Shown here: positions 33,825 to 46,799 of the stretch, one piece after another | Position numbering within the stretch: the stretch's first letter is position 1 | How the letters are laid out: each line of letters begins with the position of its first letter | Assembly: GCA_030704615.1 (NCBI GenBank) | Contig: CM060733.1 | Location: forward strand, 54,622,001-54,686,000 | Length of the DNA stretch: 64,000 nt | Source: Takakia lepidozioides | Taxonomy: Eukaryota; Plantae; Bryophyta | Direction of reading: 5' to 3' | Program-made: the position numbers and the translations under genes | The notes under the pieces: model-generated | Databases searched by the model: none | What the model saw: only the letters and a program-made list of their open reading frames with translations | Told to the model about the DNA's origin: nothing

Positions 33825-34500
33825 GCTCATAGGTCTCCAAAGCCTCCATCCCGCGCCCTTGTTGTGCATATCCTACAGTCATCGCACTCCACGATACCAC
33901 ATCTCGTTCAGCCATACTGTTGAACACTCCCTTTGCACCCTCGATGCACCCACATTTTGCATACATGTCCACAAGAGTACTGTTCAGAATGACATGGGGT
34001 ACAATTCCAGCTCTGACAATGTCACCATGGACCTCTTTGCCCTTTTCCATGGCTGCTAGGCTTATGCATGCATTGCAAATGCAATCAAACGTGATGTGGT
34101 CGGGCTTCACCCCTTCCGCCATCATTTGATCATAGGTCTCCAAAGCCTCCTTCCCGCGGCCTTGCTGTGCATATCCCATAAGCATCATTCAGCCATACTG
34201 TTGCAAACTCCCTTCACATCCTCGATGCACCCACATTTCGCATACATGTCCACGAGGGTGATATTGCAAACTTAAACGAACGTGACCCGGTCCGGCTTCA
34301 CCCCTTCCCGCATTATTTGCTCGTACGTCTCCGAAGCCTCTATACCACGCCCCCACTGTGCATATCCTCGCCCTTCCTACATCATTTGCTTAAGAATAAG
34401 CTCAAGAAAGTTGCATCAGTGCTCAAGTATAGGTTGCAAAGCCTCAACCCCACGCCCCTGCATTGCATATCCTGCGATCATCCCGTTCCATGACATAAGT
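33825..34500 (-). pseudogene. PLS-class PPR repeat fragment
   Basis: GYAQQGRGKEALETYDQM..EGVKPDHITF..AC..L..GKEVH...NSTLVDMYAKCG..ERDVVSW. Confidence 0.88.
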
Positions 34501-35479
34501 TCTCCTTGCTTCAGCTCGATACTACGAAAACATATGGTAGCGCGGGAGACAAAAAGGTGCTAAGTCCCAGCCCTCTGTGTTCACGACTGAACATGGGCAA
34601 CCCTAAAGCAATTTTTTGAATTTTTTAACTTTTTGCACTTTGTGTCATTCCATTGATACAAGTGCTTTGTTAAAATTAGATGGATGAGGTCATCCAATGG
34701 ATGAACCCATTCATGTATATGCCTTAAGATGCCATGTGTAGTGATGTAGTCATATAAACATAGCTATGAAACCTACTGTAATTATGTAGTCATAAGCTTT
34801 TATGGCATGTCATCAATGTGTAGTAGTGGTGTAGTCATTTAGTCATAAGCTTATATGGCACGTATCTGACGTGTAGTATTGCGTATGACTACTAGTTATA
34901 TAAACCAAGCATGTGTTCTTGGTCAACAATGTTTGACCACAGCTCCTAGTCATGTAGTAACATGTATGACTTCATTAGGTTAAAATATATTAAAATACGC
35001 CCAACAATGGGTTTCATCACTATGTAGTCACACATATAGTCATGGTTACCAAGGTTTATATTACCCATAGTCATAAAAATGACAATCTGTACTAGTGCGC
35101 GCATGAGCGGACAACAGACCTGGTGCTGTGGATGGCAGCCTTGCGGGACTCTCTCCTCGCAGAAATGCCGGACTGGCGACCCAATGCCTTCACTGTGGAC
35201 GATGCCGACACCGAAATTTAGCCATTACGTAAGTTTCGCGTACCCTCCTGTACACTCGCGTGCAAGTCCGTCGCTTGCGTCCATTGTCTGTCTCTTTGGC
35301 AAGTCCCCTGCCATACAACGCAGTCCTGGCTGCAAATCCGGCCCATTCCTTTTTACAAGTCTGCTGGCAAACTAGTCCACTGATAATGTCCTCTAGCGAA
35401 GTCCGTTATAAGACTCACTTGCGCAAGTATGCTGCAAGGTCAGTCTACTCGGGTGTGCTGCCAGCAAAGTCTGGGTAAG

Positions 35480-35900
35480 TCTGCTACCGGTCTTCTAAGG
35501 GCAAATCCGCTGGCAGGCCAGTCTGCCGGAGAGGACTGTTCGCAAGCAGTCCGCTGCAAGACTCACGTGCGCCAGTCTGCTGCGACCTCAGTCTGGTCCA
35601 GCAAGTCCACTGGCAGGCGAGTCCGCCGGAGGGGACTGTTCGCAAGCAATCCGCTGCAAGACTCACGTGTGTTAGTCTGTTGCGACCTCAGTCTGGTCTA
35701 GCAAGTCCGCTGGCAGGCAGGTCTGCCGGAGGGGACTGTTCGCAAGTAGTCCGCTGCAAGACTCACGTGCGTCGGGCTGCTGCGACCTCATTTCTGGTCC
35801 AGCAAGTCCGCTGGCAGGCGAGTCTGCCGAAGGGGACTGTTCGGAAGTCTGTTGGCAACCCAGTCCGCTCGAGATGCTCTCTGGCCAAGTCCGTTGCAAG
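35480..35900. repeat. ~100-bp tandem repeat (about 4 units) in a MULE-A transposase intron
   Basis: GGACTGTTCG recurs at about 35533, 35633, 35733 and 35834; the first three continue CAAG...CCGCTGCAAGACTCACGTG. Confidence 0.85.
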
Positions 35901-37819
35901 ACTCACTTACGTAAGTCCACTGCGAGGTCAGCGTGGTCAGGTCTGCTGGCGGTGACGTGAGGGCAACACTCATGGCATGTTAGAGTGGGCGAGTTTGCTG
36001 CCTTAATCCGTTGGGCAAGTCCATTGGAACAGGCGGGCAGACCAGTCCACCGGAGAGTCTACTGGATTAGTGCCCAAGTCCACCGGCAAAGTCATCTTTG
36101 AAGTCTCTCGTGTGGGCATGTGTACTTTACAGGGTTGTTTTCCAAGGAATGCTCATTTTCCTGTGCCTTTGGCATGTCCGGCGGGCTTGGGTGAAGCAAT
36201 CATGCGCGAAAACCAAAGATCCTATCACTGCCGCAAACTTGCTGAAAGATATGGGAGACCTCATGTACTATAGAGGTGAACCTGCAAGCAATCCCAAAGA
36301 AGGTCTTGTGTGGGTAGCAACAACGCTCCGACGCATGAGAAAGAAATATCCGAATGGGCATGAATTTCTGGACTACATCGATAAGGAATGACGTCCTAAA
36401 ATAACAATGTGATGTACAACAGCTCGCCATGTTCCGCATGCCAGACAAGACACAAACGCTAGCATTGAGGCATACCATGGAAACTTGAAGGCAAGACTGA
36501 GGATGGGGAAAGACAAAATGACTGGGCGTAGAGTGGATTGGCTCATATTCACAGGCCGTGTGCTAACACACTACTGGTATGCAATTCACCTGAAGACGCA
36601 CGGATCCATAAGGAATGACAAACATGAGAAGTACAAGTCCAATTCTATGCTTGCGGCACGCGATATCCTAGCTTGCAATGTCACTCTTCCGTTCCATCCT
36701 GGGCAACCAACCTATGTTCTAAGCACCAATCACCCAAACACAATTTACATTGTTTACAACCCCGGATGCAAATGGGCTTCTTGCACTTGCCCATGGGCAA
36801 TGAAGGGCAATTTGTGCAAGCATCAAGTCCAAGTCCTGACGTTGCTTCAACCACACTTGCAGGATGGACTCATAGTGCGCGCTTGTGGCACGGCGCCGGG
36901 AACCATTCATAGAGGATTGCATAATGTGTTTAAGATTCATGCAAGTGGCGGCAACGAAGAGGGTTTGGGAAATGCAACAGAGGGCCCTTCCACAGATGAC
37001 TTCCCCTATGATGCGGAGCCTGTCCTCGTACCATCCTCCATGGACGAAGAATTTGCAGACATACTTCGCATTGTTGGTGACGACAAACACCTGGAGAAAC
37101 ATGTGTTGTCTTCTCTTCGTATCTGTAGGGGGCAGCTTGTTGATATTCTTCTCATGAGTAGACCAGTCTCCTGGTTCTGAACCTGCCTCCACCCGGCTAA
37201 CCAGTGAGCCTCATGCGGTCTGCCCATCAGACTGGCCATTCTGAGTATGGTGGACTCTCACTTACTCCAGACTTGGCAGACTACTGGCCAATGCCATCCA
37301 TGTGTACTCTACCACTCCGGTGACTCTCGACAGTCTGCTCACCAGTGTCGACTCATGGTTCCCAATCGTATCTGTCAGTCTGCCGGACTGGTCCCAACTC
37401 CTCAGTCTGTCGGACTTTCGTCAGTCTGGCGACATTGCCCTCTCATAACGTCTGCTCACCAGCCTAGGCATACCCTCTTCGCGTACTCTGGCAGTGTGCT
37501 GACTCTCGGCTGTTTGCTTACCAGTGGACTCCCTTGGTATGTTAAACAAAATGATTGTGTGTGCTCGCACTGTGCAAGGGTAAGTCCGCTTAACAACATG
37601 CAGTGAATTGGTCACAACGAGTACTCCACACTGCACTCATAATCGATCAATAGGATGTGTATGCAAAGTCATCTTTTATTTCGTTGCAAATGCTCAAAAG
37701 CATGCTTACATGACAAATGCGTCCTATGGTGCACCTCTAATCTCGGGCCAAGACGGATATCTATGAGGATACTGCTTTCTCAGCAACGACCAAACCAGTC
37801 AAGATGTACTAAAGACACT

Positions 37820-38230
37820 ACATCCGTTGGCCAAGTGCAAACTTGAACGTAAACCAGTATTTCATGAAAGGTACTCCTCTCTCTGCCCTTTTAGAAGAGG
37901 TTCGACTATGCCCAGTTTGTAGCCATTCATAATATCCTTGGATGAAGGACATGACGTAAAACCCACATTCCCAGCTGAATGGCTGTTGGGGCACTTCAGG
38001 CTGGTTGAACTGAAATGCCCTAACCTCCTCCCAACCCGGTGAATCAACACTGTAGCCTAAACACTCCGCATGCAGCTTCCGTATCCATGACAAAACATAT
38101 GGGCAACCATGCAAAGACTCGATGAAGTTCATGTGAGTGTAGCAGCCTTTCCGCACGTCGATGACAACAACACTCCAATGCCCCTTGCAAGACGATTCTC
38201 ATGCATCTCACGGCAGCAGTCCTCTCAGTA
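37820..38230 (-). pseudogene. Ulp1/peptidase C48 (SUMO-protease-like) catalytic domain of the MULE-A second gene; upstream parts probably lie at about 38300-41960 and 52020-55100
   Basis: GHWSVVVID (catalytic His, Asp) and VPQQPFSWECGFYV (oxyanion Gln, catalytic Cys). Frameshifted. Confidence 0.75.
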
Positions 38231-38725
38231 GACCACTCCAACTACCTCTCTAGCAGATTCTACAAACTCGCAAGTAGGCTGGGTCTTGGTCCTAGTACAC
38301 TCAGCCGACTCAGCAGACTCACGACTCAGCATACTCATCACTCAGCAGACTCATCACTCAGCAGACTCAGCATAATGAGCAGACTCAGCAGACTCGGCAG
38401 ATTGAGCAAACTCAGGAGAGTGGGCAGATCGAGCAGATTGTCCTCATTCAAAAGACTGGGCAGATTTTCTAGACTGAGCAGACTGAATGGACTCAACCAG
38501 CGAGAGGCCAGTGTGAACGGAGTGACGTCATTCAAAAGACTGGCCCGACAAAACACACTGGGTATGCGAGATCTACCACAATCGGAACGATTATATGATG
38601 GCAGTCTTTTATGTCTTTGACGAACCGACGGACGCTCCAGCAAGAATGCAGATTGTCCACTAGCCTTTCCCATGGCCTGTCCTAGTATGTCATCATACGA
38701 GACCACGTTGAGGCTGGCAATAATG

Positions 38726-39453
38726 CAGGGTTGACTGGACCAAAATGGACGTTACCAGCATAGTTTTAGATGACTGCAATTGATGGTGTCATCAATTGAA
38801 ATTGAATTAACTCATTAAAACCAGCAAATATTATGTCATTGGATTCCTAGCTTCAATATGCACCCATAGCAACTCTCCAATCATGAATCCGATAAGAAAT
38901 GACTCCGATATGGACTTTTGAACACCGTCATTGTGGACTGTTATCGCAATGAATGGAATTACAATGGACTCAAGTTCTCCTATGTGCCATTAGTGAATTC
39001 CATTGTAATTTGGACATAAGGTGGCCATTTTGGTCCACATTATAGGTATGGATTTGAAGTGGCAAAATCATTTGTCATTTGACTCATATGGACTAATATA
39101 TGTCAAAAAAATAGGCGTTTTTTGAAAAGTCCATAGCTCATCTTGTTTTTTGGATTTTGGGTGTCATTGTTTTTCTAGAAGTATAAAAACCTATAATCTT
39201 CAATGTCTAGGTGTCATAGTGATTTGTTTTTGTAAACTCTAATTTTTAATTTTTCATAAATTCTCTAAATAATAGACTAAAATATTTAATGAATTATATC
39301 TTTAATATTTAGGGTAGGACTCTTTACTAAATATGTTCAGTATACCATTATCTATCACTAAAAATATATTTTGGGATAGTATCCTCAACTTTTGTTTTTT
39401 GGTCATGGACTTTCATGGAGCAGGATCTGCCATTTTTGGTCCACTCAACCCTG
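38726..39453. mobile_element. hAT-like MITE
   Basis: TIRs CAGGGTTGA(C/G)TGGACCAAAA(A)TGG at both ends; AT-rich interior; 8-bp TSD not preserved. Confidence 0.7.
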
Positions 39454-40079
39454 CAACTGCCCTGGGAGGACTACTCACTGGTGCATTTGTCACTGAAGAA
39501 CCACTTCCTTGTCCGTATCCAATGCCATTTTGCGGTCCTTGTTCATGAAGACAGCGGACTTGCCTTTCTTCGCAGGCTTCTTGGCAACATGACCCTCCCG
39601 AACTTCTTGAGTCTGCTCCACGACAGTCCGCTTCTTTGCTCTACTTGTGCCCTGGGATTCGGCAACTATTGTGGCTGTGTTCGATGCAGCAGACTGACGA
39701 AGTGATGCGGTCTTGCTTCGCAACACGACTGTGTCTGCAGGTTTGTTCACATTTGCAGGACCTACATTGGCAGCCTCACGGGTCGCATGTGTTGATCTAA
39801 TCCGTGCATCTATTGGCGTTACAAGCCACCTTTTCTGGTTGTGGAGCCAACGTGAGTAGCATAGGCGGATTGTGGAATTGCCTGGGAGGGAAATGGTGTC
39901 TTAAAGTCTTGTAGGTACAACAGATCCTGTCTATACACAGAAATTGAACATAAATCTGAAATCACAGAGGTGGAAGACGGCAGGGCACAACCTGTACGGC
40001 GTCATTGGAAATAAGCGACTGGGCAGACTGCTCCCCTGCTTGAACGCCCAAGTCCGGACCTGCTGTAGCCAGGGGCACT

Positions 40080-40500
40080 ATGACAGATTCTGTGTGCGCG
40101 ACATATTGGTCCTCAGTCTGTCCAATGTTATCGTCAGTCTGTTGCTCAGTATCCTCAGTCTGGTCAGCCTGGTGCTCAGTCTGCTCGCCGCTTTGGTCAG
40201 TCTGCTGTTGAGTCTGGTGGACACTCTCGTTTGCGGGGGGAATGGCATGTTGGCCCTTAGTGTGCTGCTCAGTGTTCTCAGTCTGGTCAGTCTAGTGCTC
40301 AGTCTGCTCGCCGCTCTAGTCAGTCTGCTGTCGAGTCTGGTGGAGACTCTCGTGGGCGGGGGGAACGGCATGTTGGCCCTTAATCTGACCATGTTCAGCG
40401 TCAGTCTGCTGCTCATTGTCCTCAGTCTGGTCAGTCTGGTGCTCAGTCTGCTTTTTGCTATGGTCAGTCTGTTGTTCAGCGGCCTGGTGGTCACTCTTGT
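40080..40500. repeat. Degenerate AGTCTG-rich coding-type tandem repeats within the MULE-A minus-strand gene
   Basis: CTCAGTCTGGTCAG.CT.GTGCTCAGTCTGCT occurs three times. Confidence 0.7.
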
Positions 40501-41959
40501 GGTCGGTCTGCTCTTACAGGGAGGAGATCAATCTATCAACTTGCAAGTCAACTGTCTCTTCAGGGTCTGATGCAAAAAAAACTTGATTACCGCCGACATG
40601 TAAATTATCTGCGGCAACTACATCGTCTAGTTCTTCAGTAAGGTCAATGATACGGGGTTGAGTTTCCATATTGTGGTCGATCACGTAAGAATCATCTAAA
40701 GCTTTCGCAAGTAAACGAACCAAAACCGGGCTGAACTGAATGGAAATAGATGGCAGGCCATGGGCCACTGGAGAAGAATGGTTTACCGGTGCTCGACTTG
40801 TATCCTCAAATGATGCGCCAATATGTGAAGATGGTCCGGCGGGAAAAAAAAAACTCCGTCAATGCACTGATAGAACTCCGCAGAAATTCAGAGACAGAGT
40901 TCCGTTGAGGCCAGTGTAGCCAACTCTGTTCAACGAGCCAGGATCCGGACTGGTGGACAGGAAGTGTAGTTGGGTCTTCCGAGTGAGTATGGTTGTGAAT
41001 CTGTTGGACAGTCTGTAGGGCACTGTCATGTGGTGACTGCTTTCAGTCTGCTAGACGGTCTGGTCATTGGTATGCTGCACGGTCTGCTGGTGCACAGCTA
41101 GGTCATCCGTCTGCAGCCCGGTCTGGTCATTGGTATGCTGGATGGTCTGCTTGACAGCGACGTAATTGGTATGCTGCAGGGTCTGGTGCAGAGGCAGTCC
41201 TTCAGTCTGCTCGCCGGTCTACTCGCCGGTCTGCTCATGAGTCTCCTCGTCCTCGGTGTGGCCTGTAGTGCACCCACTCTCCTGAACATTGGCTGGGATA
41301 GTGTTGACAGTCTGTCCATGCTCTTTTTGTTGCAGTAGGTCAGTCTGCTGAGCAGTGGCGTCTTCAGCAGTCTGCTGAACGGTGTCATGGAGTCTCTGTA
41401 ATGCCAGCACAACATCTCGTGCACATATGACAAGGGAATTGAAAGCACACTGCACGTGCTCGTCTAAATCGGACATTCCTGAAACAGATGAATTGGACAA
41501 AGTGAGTCTGACAGCATGGTGGAAGAAAAGACCATGAACTTCACAACAGTCTAGAAGAAGTCGACATTACCTTCTAGGAGGTTGCCAATGAGACCAATAT
41601 CTTTGATTTGGCGTTCCAAGCATGCTCCATCGAGATGGCAAATCACTGACATGTTGTATTCAAATGGGGAGCCGCACCAAAGGACTTTGAACACATCCGG
41701 TCTGTTCAACACAATGTCGAATACTGCTCGCTCCATTACCGCAGCAAACCATTGCAACGCCTCATCCACAACACTCTTCTTACCCTCATCCGAATCTGAA
41801 TGAAACAAATACTTCCTCAAACTTTGCAGTCCTTTACCAATTTACTGTATGAACAGAAATTGTCGAATTGCATCCATCGATGGTGAAGGAAAGAATTAGC
41901 AATGCGATCAAAGTACTCTTCAGTAATTCCAAGCAAGTGCTTTCCCCGCACCCCAAATG

Positions 41960-43740
41960 TATGGGGTGGGGAAGTGACTGGAGCAGCTGCCCCCCCCTCA
42001 ACAGTCCCTCTCTCTCCTTCTCTCCCTCGTTGCCTCTCTCCCTCTCTCTCCCTCTGTCCCATCACGATGTGGAGAGAGAGGGAGAGAGGGAGAGAGAGAG
42101 AGAGAGAGAAGGAGCAGCTGCTCAGTCACTCCCCCACTCCCCCCCCCCCATTTTTTTTTTCTTTCCCTCTCTTTCCCTCTCTCTCCCTCTGGACACTGGG
42201 CTTATGGAATTGTTGTCCCGACTTCCAATTTTGAGGAAATTGAAAAAAATTGCAAAATTGGGTTGCAGGGAATTTTAGATGTTTTTTTAATCCAAAATGA
42301 TTTTTATTTTTATTTTTTTTCCTAGTGAAATATTTTCACTAAAAAACCTGTGAGTTGCAAAACTCCCGTCAGTTTCTACTTTTTCAATCCAACCTGGATG
42401 AAAAAAAGACTTCATCTGACGGGACCTAAATATAGGGCAAGACAAGTGAAAAAACCTTCCATGTTTTTCATCTAACCTAGATGAAATACGGACTACATCC
42501 GTTGAGTGCAAGACAGGATGAAAGCACGATGTCTTTCATCTTCCACGGATGAGAAATGGACAACGTCCGTCGGGCGGATAGACCGGCGGATGTTTTTCAT
42601 CCTGAGAAGGATGAATGACGGGCCAGACAGGGGAAAACCCTGCGCAACCCTAATGTCTTTCTTTTTGCGCTGCGAGAGCGCGCGCAATGGCCGTGAGGAG
42701 ATGGTGCTCGTTGCTGCATACCTTGAGCTGCCAATCCTTGAGTGTTTATGGCTCCTGTGAGCGACGCCTGGGCGGGCTCTTTAAGGCGATGGCGGTGGCT
42801 TAGAGATAAGGGAAGATTCCCTGTCTCAGTTGTCTGTTTTTTTGCTGCACAAAGGAACCGCGGCAGTGATGGCGGAGGTACCACCTGCATGCCTATGACG
42901 TTTCCCTAGGAGGCCTCCTCTTATTTCTCCGTCTCTCTCCTCCATCTGTCCCTTTCCCTCTGCTCCTCACAAAAGAAAAAAACCAGAGAGGGGCTGAGCT
43001 GCTGCTGCTCAGTCACCCCCCCCTACTTCTTTTTTTATTTTCTAGGCCCCCTCTATCCCTCTCCCTCCCTCTCTCCCGTCTGTCCTCTCTCCTTTCTCCT
43101 TTGTGCAGGTCCCCAAAAAAAAATGGAAATCTCTCCCTCTCTTTCTCTCTGTCCCTCTCTCTCCATGAAATTGAAACTGAAGAACACTTCTTCTATTGTC
43201 CTATATACTATGAGATCCGTGGGGATTCCACTGTCTACTCCGTGGAACCCAAACTCTCACTGAAATCTCTCACTATGAAGATCAGAAATGCATGGCTGCT
43301 TACTTGCAGTTGGGCGCCTCATGCAGCAGCTCCTTCACGCTAGCGCTCTGCCACCAGGTCGCGTGGGCACACTCCCTCGCTCAAACAACAAAAAAGGGAG
43401 AAGAGGGAGAGAGAGAGCGAGGGAGAGAATGAGGGAGAGAGATACGGGCGAGAGGGAGAGTGAGGGCTAAGTGGGAGAATGAGAGAGAGAGAGAGAGAGA
43501 AGGAGAGGGAGGGCAGCTCCCTCACGCGGCAGCTCCTTCACGCTGGCGGTCCCTCCCGCGACGCTGGCGTTTGGCTGGCGCTCCACTAGCAGGTCATGGG
43601 GCGCGCTCCCAGCTCGCTCAAACAACAAAAACAAAAAAAAACGACATAGAAGAGGGAGAGAGAGAGTAAGGGAGAGGGATTAGGGCGAGAGGGAGAGTGA
43701 GAGAGAGGCGCACGCGAGTTTGAACGCTGTGGCACGTCAG
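41960..43740. repeat. GA/CT-rich, internally duplicated low-complexity block with GGATGAAA/TTTCATCC motif cluster; probably TE-derived
   Basis: GCTGCTCAGTCAC.CCCC at about 42117 and 43004; GCAGCTCCTTCACGCT at about 43326 and 43529; (GA)n runs. Confidence 0.5.
43168..43308 (+). mobile_element. Short fragment of the RTE-X-like LINE C-terminus
   Basis: EIETEEHFFYCPIYYEIRG matches the 1923-2417 ORF. Confidence 0.8.
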
Positions 43741-44468
43741 TGTTGCGTCACCGCCGCCGGAAAACGCTCCGGCGCGCGGGGTAGTTGCGCCCAGGAGAGC
43801 TCGAGAGCAAAAAAAACAAAGTAGGGATGGAGGGAGGGGAGGGTGGAAGAGTGAGAGGAGGAGGGTGAGGGAGAGAGAGATCAGATAGAGAGATTGAGAG
43901 GGGGAGTAGAGGCGGTCGGTGCAGCCGCGGCGCGCCAGTGTGGCGACCCCACCAGAAAACCTCGGCGGCGATCAGGCGCCTTCGCGAAGGGGAGAGAGAA
44001 GGGGAGAGAAGGGCGGCCACCTTGGCAGGAGGAGGATCCGCTGCGATGTTGGGGAATCGCACGAGCGTCGCTGCCTCAGGGGGACGTCGCACGACAGTCG
44101 CAGATCTGGCGCAGAGTGAGTTGAAGAGGCTCTCATTTTTTTTTTTTTTTTTTTTTTGGTTTTTGGGTTATGGGGTTTTGCAAGGATCATTTGGGTTTTT
44201 GGGTCTTTGGCTCTTAGGGTTTTAAGGGTTACATAGTTTAGTTTAGGGTTTAGTTTCATAGTTTAGTTTAAGGTTAGTTATAATATTAGTTTAGGATTAG
44301 CTGCAATATAGTTTTGTTTTTAGGGTTTTGTTTTTTGGTGGGGTGGGGACATGGCTTTACGTTTGTAGGGTTTTTTTTTTCAAGTTTTTCCAAGGGTTGG
44401 GAGTGTAACTCCTCCGGAGGTTACAGTGGGTCACAATACGGTAATCTACCTCTATCTCGTGCTAGGTC

Positions 44469-46260
44469 ATGCCGCGTGTTTATCGACGTGTCACTTGAGG
44501 ATTCGTTGCCGGCTGTGCCACAACCACCTGCTGAGGTCGAGACAGCACGTTCGCCTCGTCTACGAGTTTGGCGGCATCGCCATGTCCGCACAGCTTTGCC
44601 CCCACGGCCACCACCCCGAGGTCGTAGGCCGCAAGTCCAGAGGCACGAGCCCCGGGGAGACCCCGCCGGGACGCCTCCCCAAGATTGAGTGTTGGTGCAG
44701 TTGGTGTTGGGCACGACTACCGGTTGGGAGGACCACACCGATGATGCGGCGACCCCATGTTGTGCAAAACATTACGCCAAGTACGAGATTGCTGATGCAG
44801 CAAAGGTAAGTCGTCCATATATCTTCTCACGTACTCTTAAATTAAAAGTACTATATCTAATGAAACCTCGCGTTTGTGAATTGAGTATTGATGCATTTCA
44901 TATCATGCATCTTGCAGCCCCGTCTTGATGTCCAAGCTCGCAATTTTTTTGCTGAAGAGGCATACCGATGCGGGTTTCTTCCTTCTTACGAGCCCCACCC
45001 CGTTCCGGATGTGAACATTTTTTTCTCGCAACATGACGTAGATGCAGTTTGTGAGGTAGCGGGGTACGATGCGTGTTTTTCTATTTTTGGGCACTGGGCT
45101 AGGCGCTTGTCACCTACGCACACACATTCGTCATCCTCGACATCGGCACCCCCATCATCACCATCATCCGCATCGTCCGTTCCTCCTATTGTAGATGGTC
45201 TTTCCTCATCACCATTGCCATCCGAGGTCCCTCATACCGACCGGCTACGTGTCCCTTCCCCTCCATTGCCGAGACCACAGCCGCCACCGAGTCCGAGTTC
45301 GACATCCTCAACATCGGCACCCCCATCATCACCATCATCCGCATCGTCCTTCCTCCTATTGTACATGTTCTTTCCTCATCACCATCGCCATCCCGGCCAT
45401 CTCGCCAGTACTACCTCACGCGAGATCCCTCATACCAACCTACGTTTCCCTTCCCCTCCATTGCCGAGACCACAGCCGCCACCGAGTCCGTATCCGGGTC
45501 CTCCGGCAGAACCCGGATGGATCCCACCACCTTTGGGGACTGTGTATGACTGGGACCGATGGATCACTAGGTTCCCACTCCGGGAGAAGGCCCCCCCGAA
45601 GTGATGGACGGGCGCCGCCCCCTAGGAGAGTGGACCGAAGTTGTTTCGCACGGTTGGTCCGCGCCTTCGCCGGCCTGATGACGGCACCATACGTCATCGT
45701 GGTGCTAGGGAGCTATTCACGATGGGAGTCCAACCCCATTTCTACCAATGTCTTGTGCCTTGTCCAGTTCCGATTCCCGAGGGTGAGCCCTTTTTTTTGG
45801 GGTCGCATGTATTGCGTGATGGAGGCAATGGACCCTAGTATGGGTCGCGGACTTTTTTTGATGGAGGATGTAGTTTTGGGGGAGGAGAGGATTCTGTGGA
45901 TTTGTTCCCCTATTTTGGGCCGAGGTACACCCACCGGGAGTGGCAATTATTGCAGACACACGGCCTTGGTCCTTGATCCATCCTTACATCCTTGTTTGTG
46001 AACGACAATGATGTAAGGGCGAGAAATGGGGCCGCAAAGCCCATATTTATTGTGACGGAAACCGTGTACGCAACGTGGCTGGGCTCATCAACAGTTCAGT
46101 TACCTTACCACCGGGCCACACCGCCAACGTGTTTTGGGATGAGCGCCATGACGGGGATAGTAGATTGGACCCTAACATCACCACTTTTGTGATGACATGT
46201 GCAAGGAGGACTATTAGGGCTGGAGAGGAGTTGTTTGCAGAGTATGACTTTAGGCGTTAG
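44469..46260 (+). pseudogene. CACTA cargo gene: Cys/His-rich N-terminus, Pro/Ser-rich linker, C-terminal SET domain (frameshifted)
   Basis: SET motifs MGRGLF, NVAGLINSS and ARRTIRAGEELFAEYDF at about 45835-46260; intron at about 44807-44917. Confidence 0.65.
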
Positions 46261-46799
46261 CCGACTTTCATCATGTGTAGATGGACGTAGGAAGACATTT
46301 TGTACATTGAGGTGGCTTCCTCCACCGTGTATATATATACATAGGCATTGATGTGTATTTGGATGCAGTTTTTCATGCTATATTCAAGGGAGTTTGGGTG
46401 ACGTTATATGTGAATTTGGGTATTTTGAATTATATAGTGTCTCCTTCATGTGGTGAAGCAATGTATGTATTCCCCTCGTGTGTATAATGTGTACTTTGGG
46501 TTTTATCTTGTATGATAATGAACAACGCCATGTATGGAAACTGATAATGACATGGTTGTTTTTGGCATCTTAGGATGCCGGCCACAACCCCACGACGTTA
46601 ATTCATGAAGTTCATGATCTTGTCATGAACCGGGATTTTGTTCCTTCGGAGGGGGGTGCGTATCAAAGGGACCCGACCCGTCTGAAATGGCGGTCTCCGA
46701 TGATGAGGACAACAATGACAATGGAATTATGCATGAGGATGTGGCAGCAATGGAGGACCTCTTAATGCATCAGATGGTAGATGAGGACACAGACTCTTT

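Larger units (their letters stand above)
27332..35097. mobile_element. Non-autonomous Pack-CACTA element carrying PPR gene fragments
   Basis: 30-bp TIRs CACTAGTACAGATT(A/G)TC(G/A)TTTTTATGACTA with 2 mismatches. 3-bp TSD TGC/CGC. Dense ATGACTAC / GTAGTCAT subterminal repeats at 27350-27760 and 34740-35075. The MULE-A transposase resumes on both sides. Confidence 0.92.
14665..37200 (+). pseudogene. MULE-A transposase (At4g13970/At1g60560-like MULE-SWIM type), split into 14665-15737, 27058-27331 and 35098-37200
   Basis: ESYKRG, HTDAKGNACHG, APHISEELK, RDDFL, DAESVRMW..FFYQ | FTIGIQ, ATFGTN, LYTLMIFD | WRPNAFTVDDA, LCLWHVRRAW, DTNASIEAYH, RVDWL, and SWIM CTC...GNLCKH. The reading frame is continuous across the MULE-B junction; several in-frame stops. 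Confidence 0.85.

Noticed and set aside
39944-40570. Leu/Ser/Val-rich 208-aa membrane-protein-like ORF
   Set aside because: It is the antisense reading of AGTCTG-rich repeats in the MULE-A minus-strand gene.
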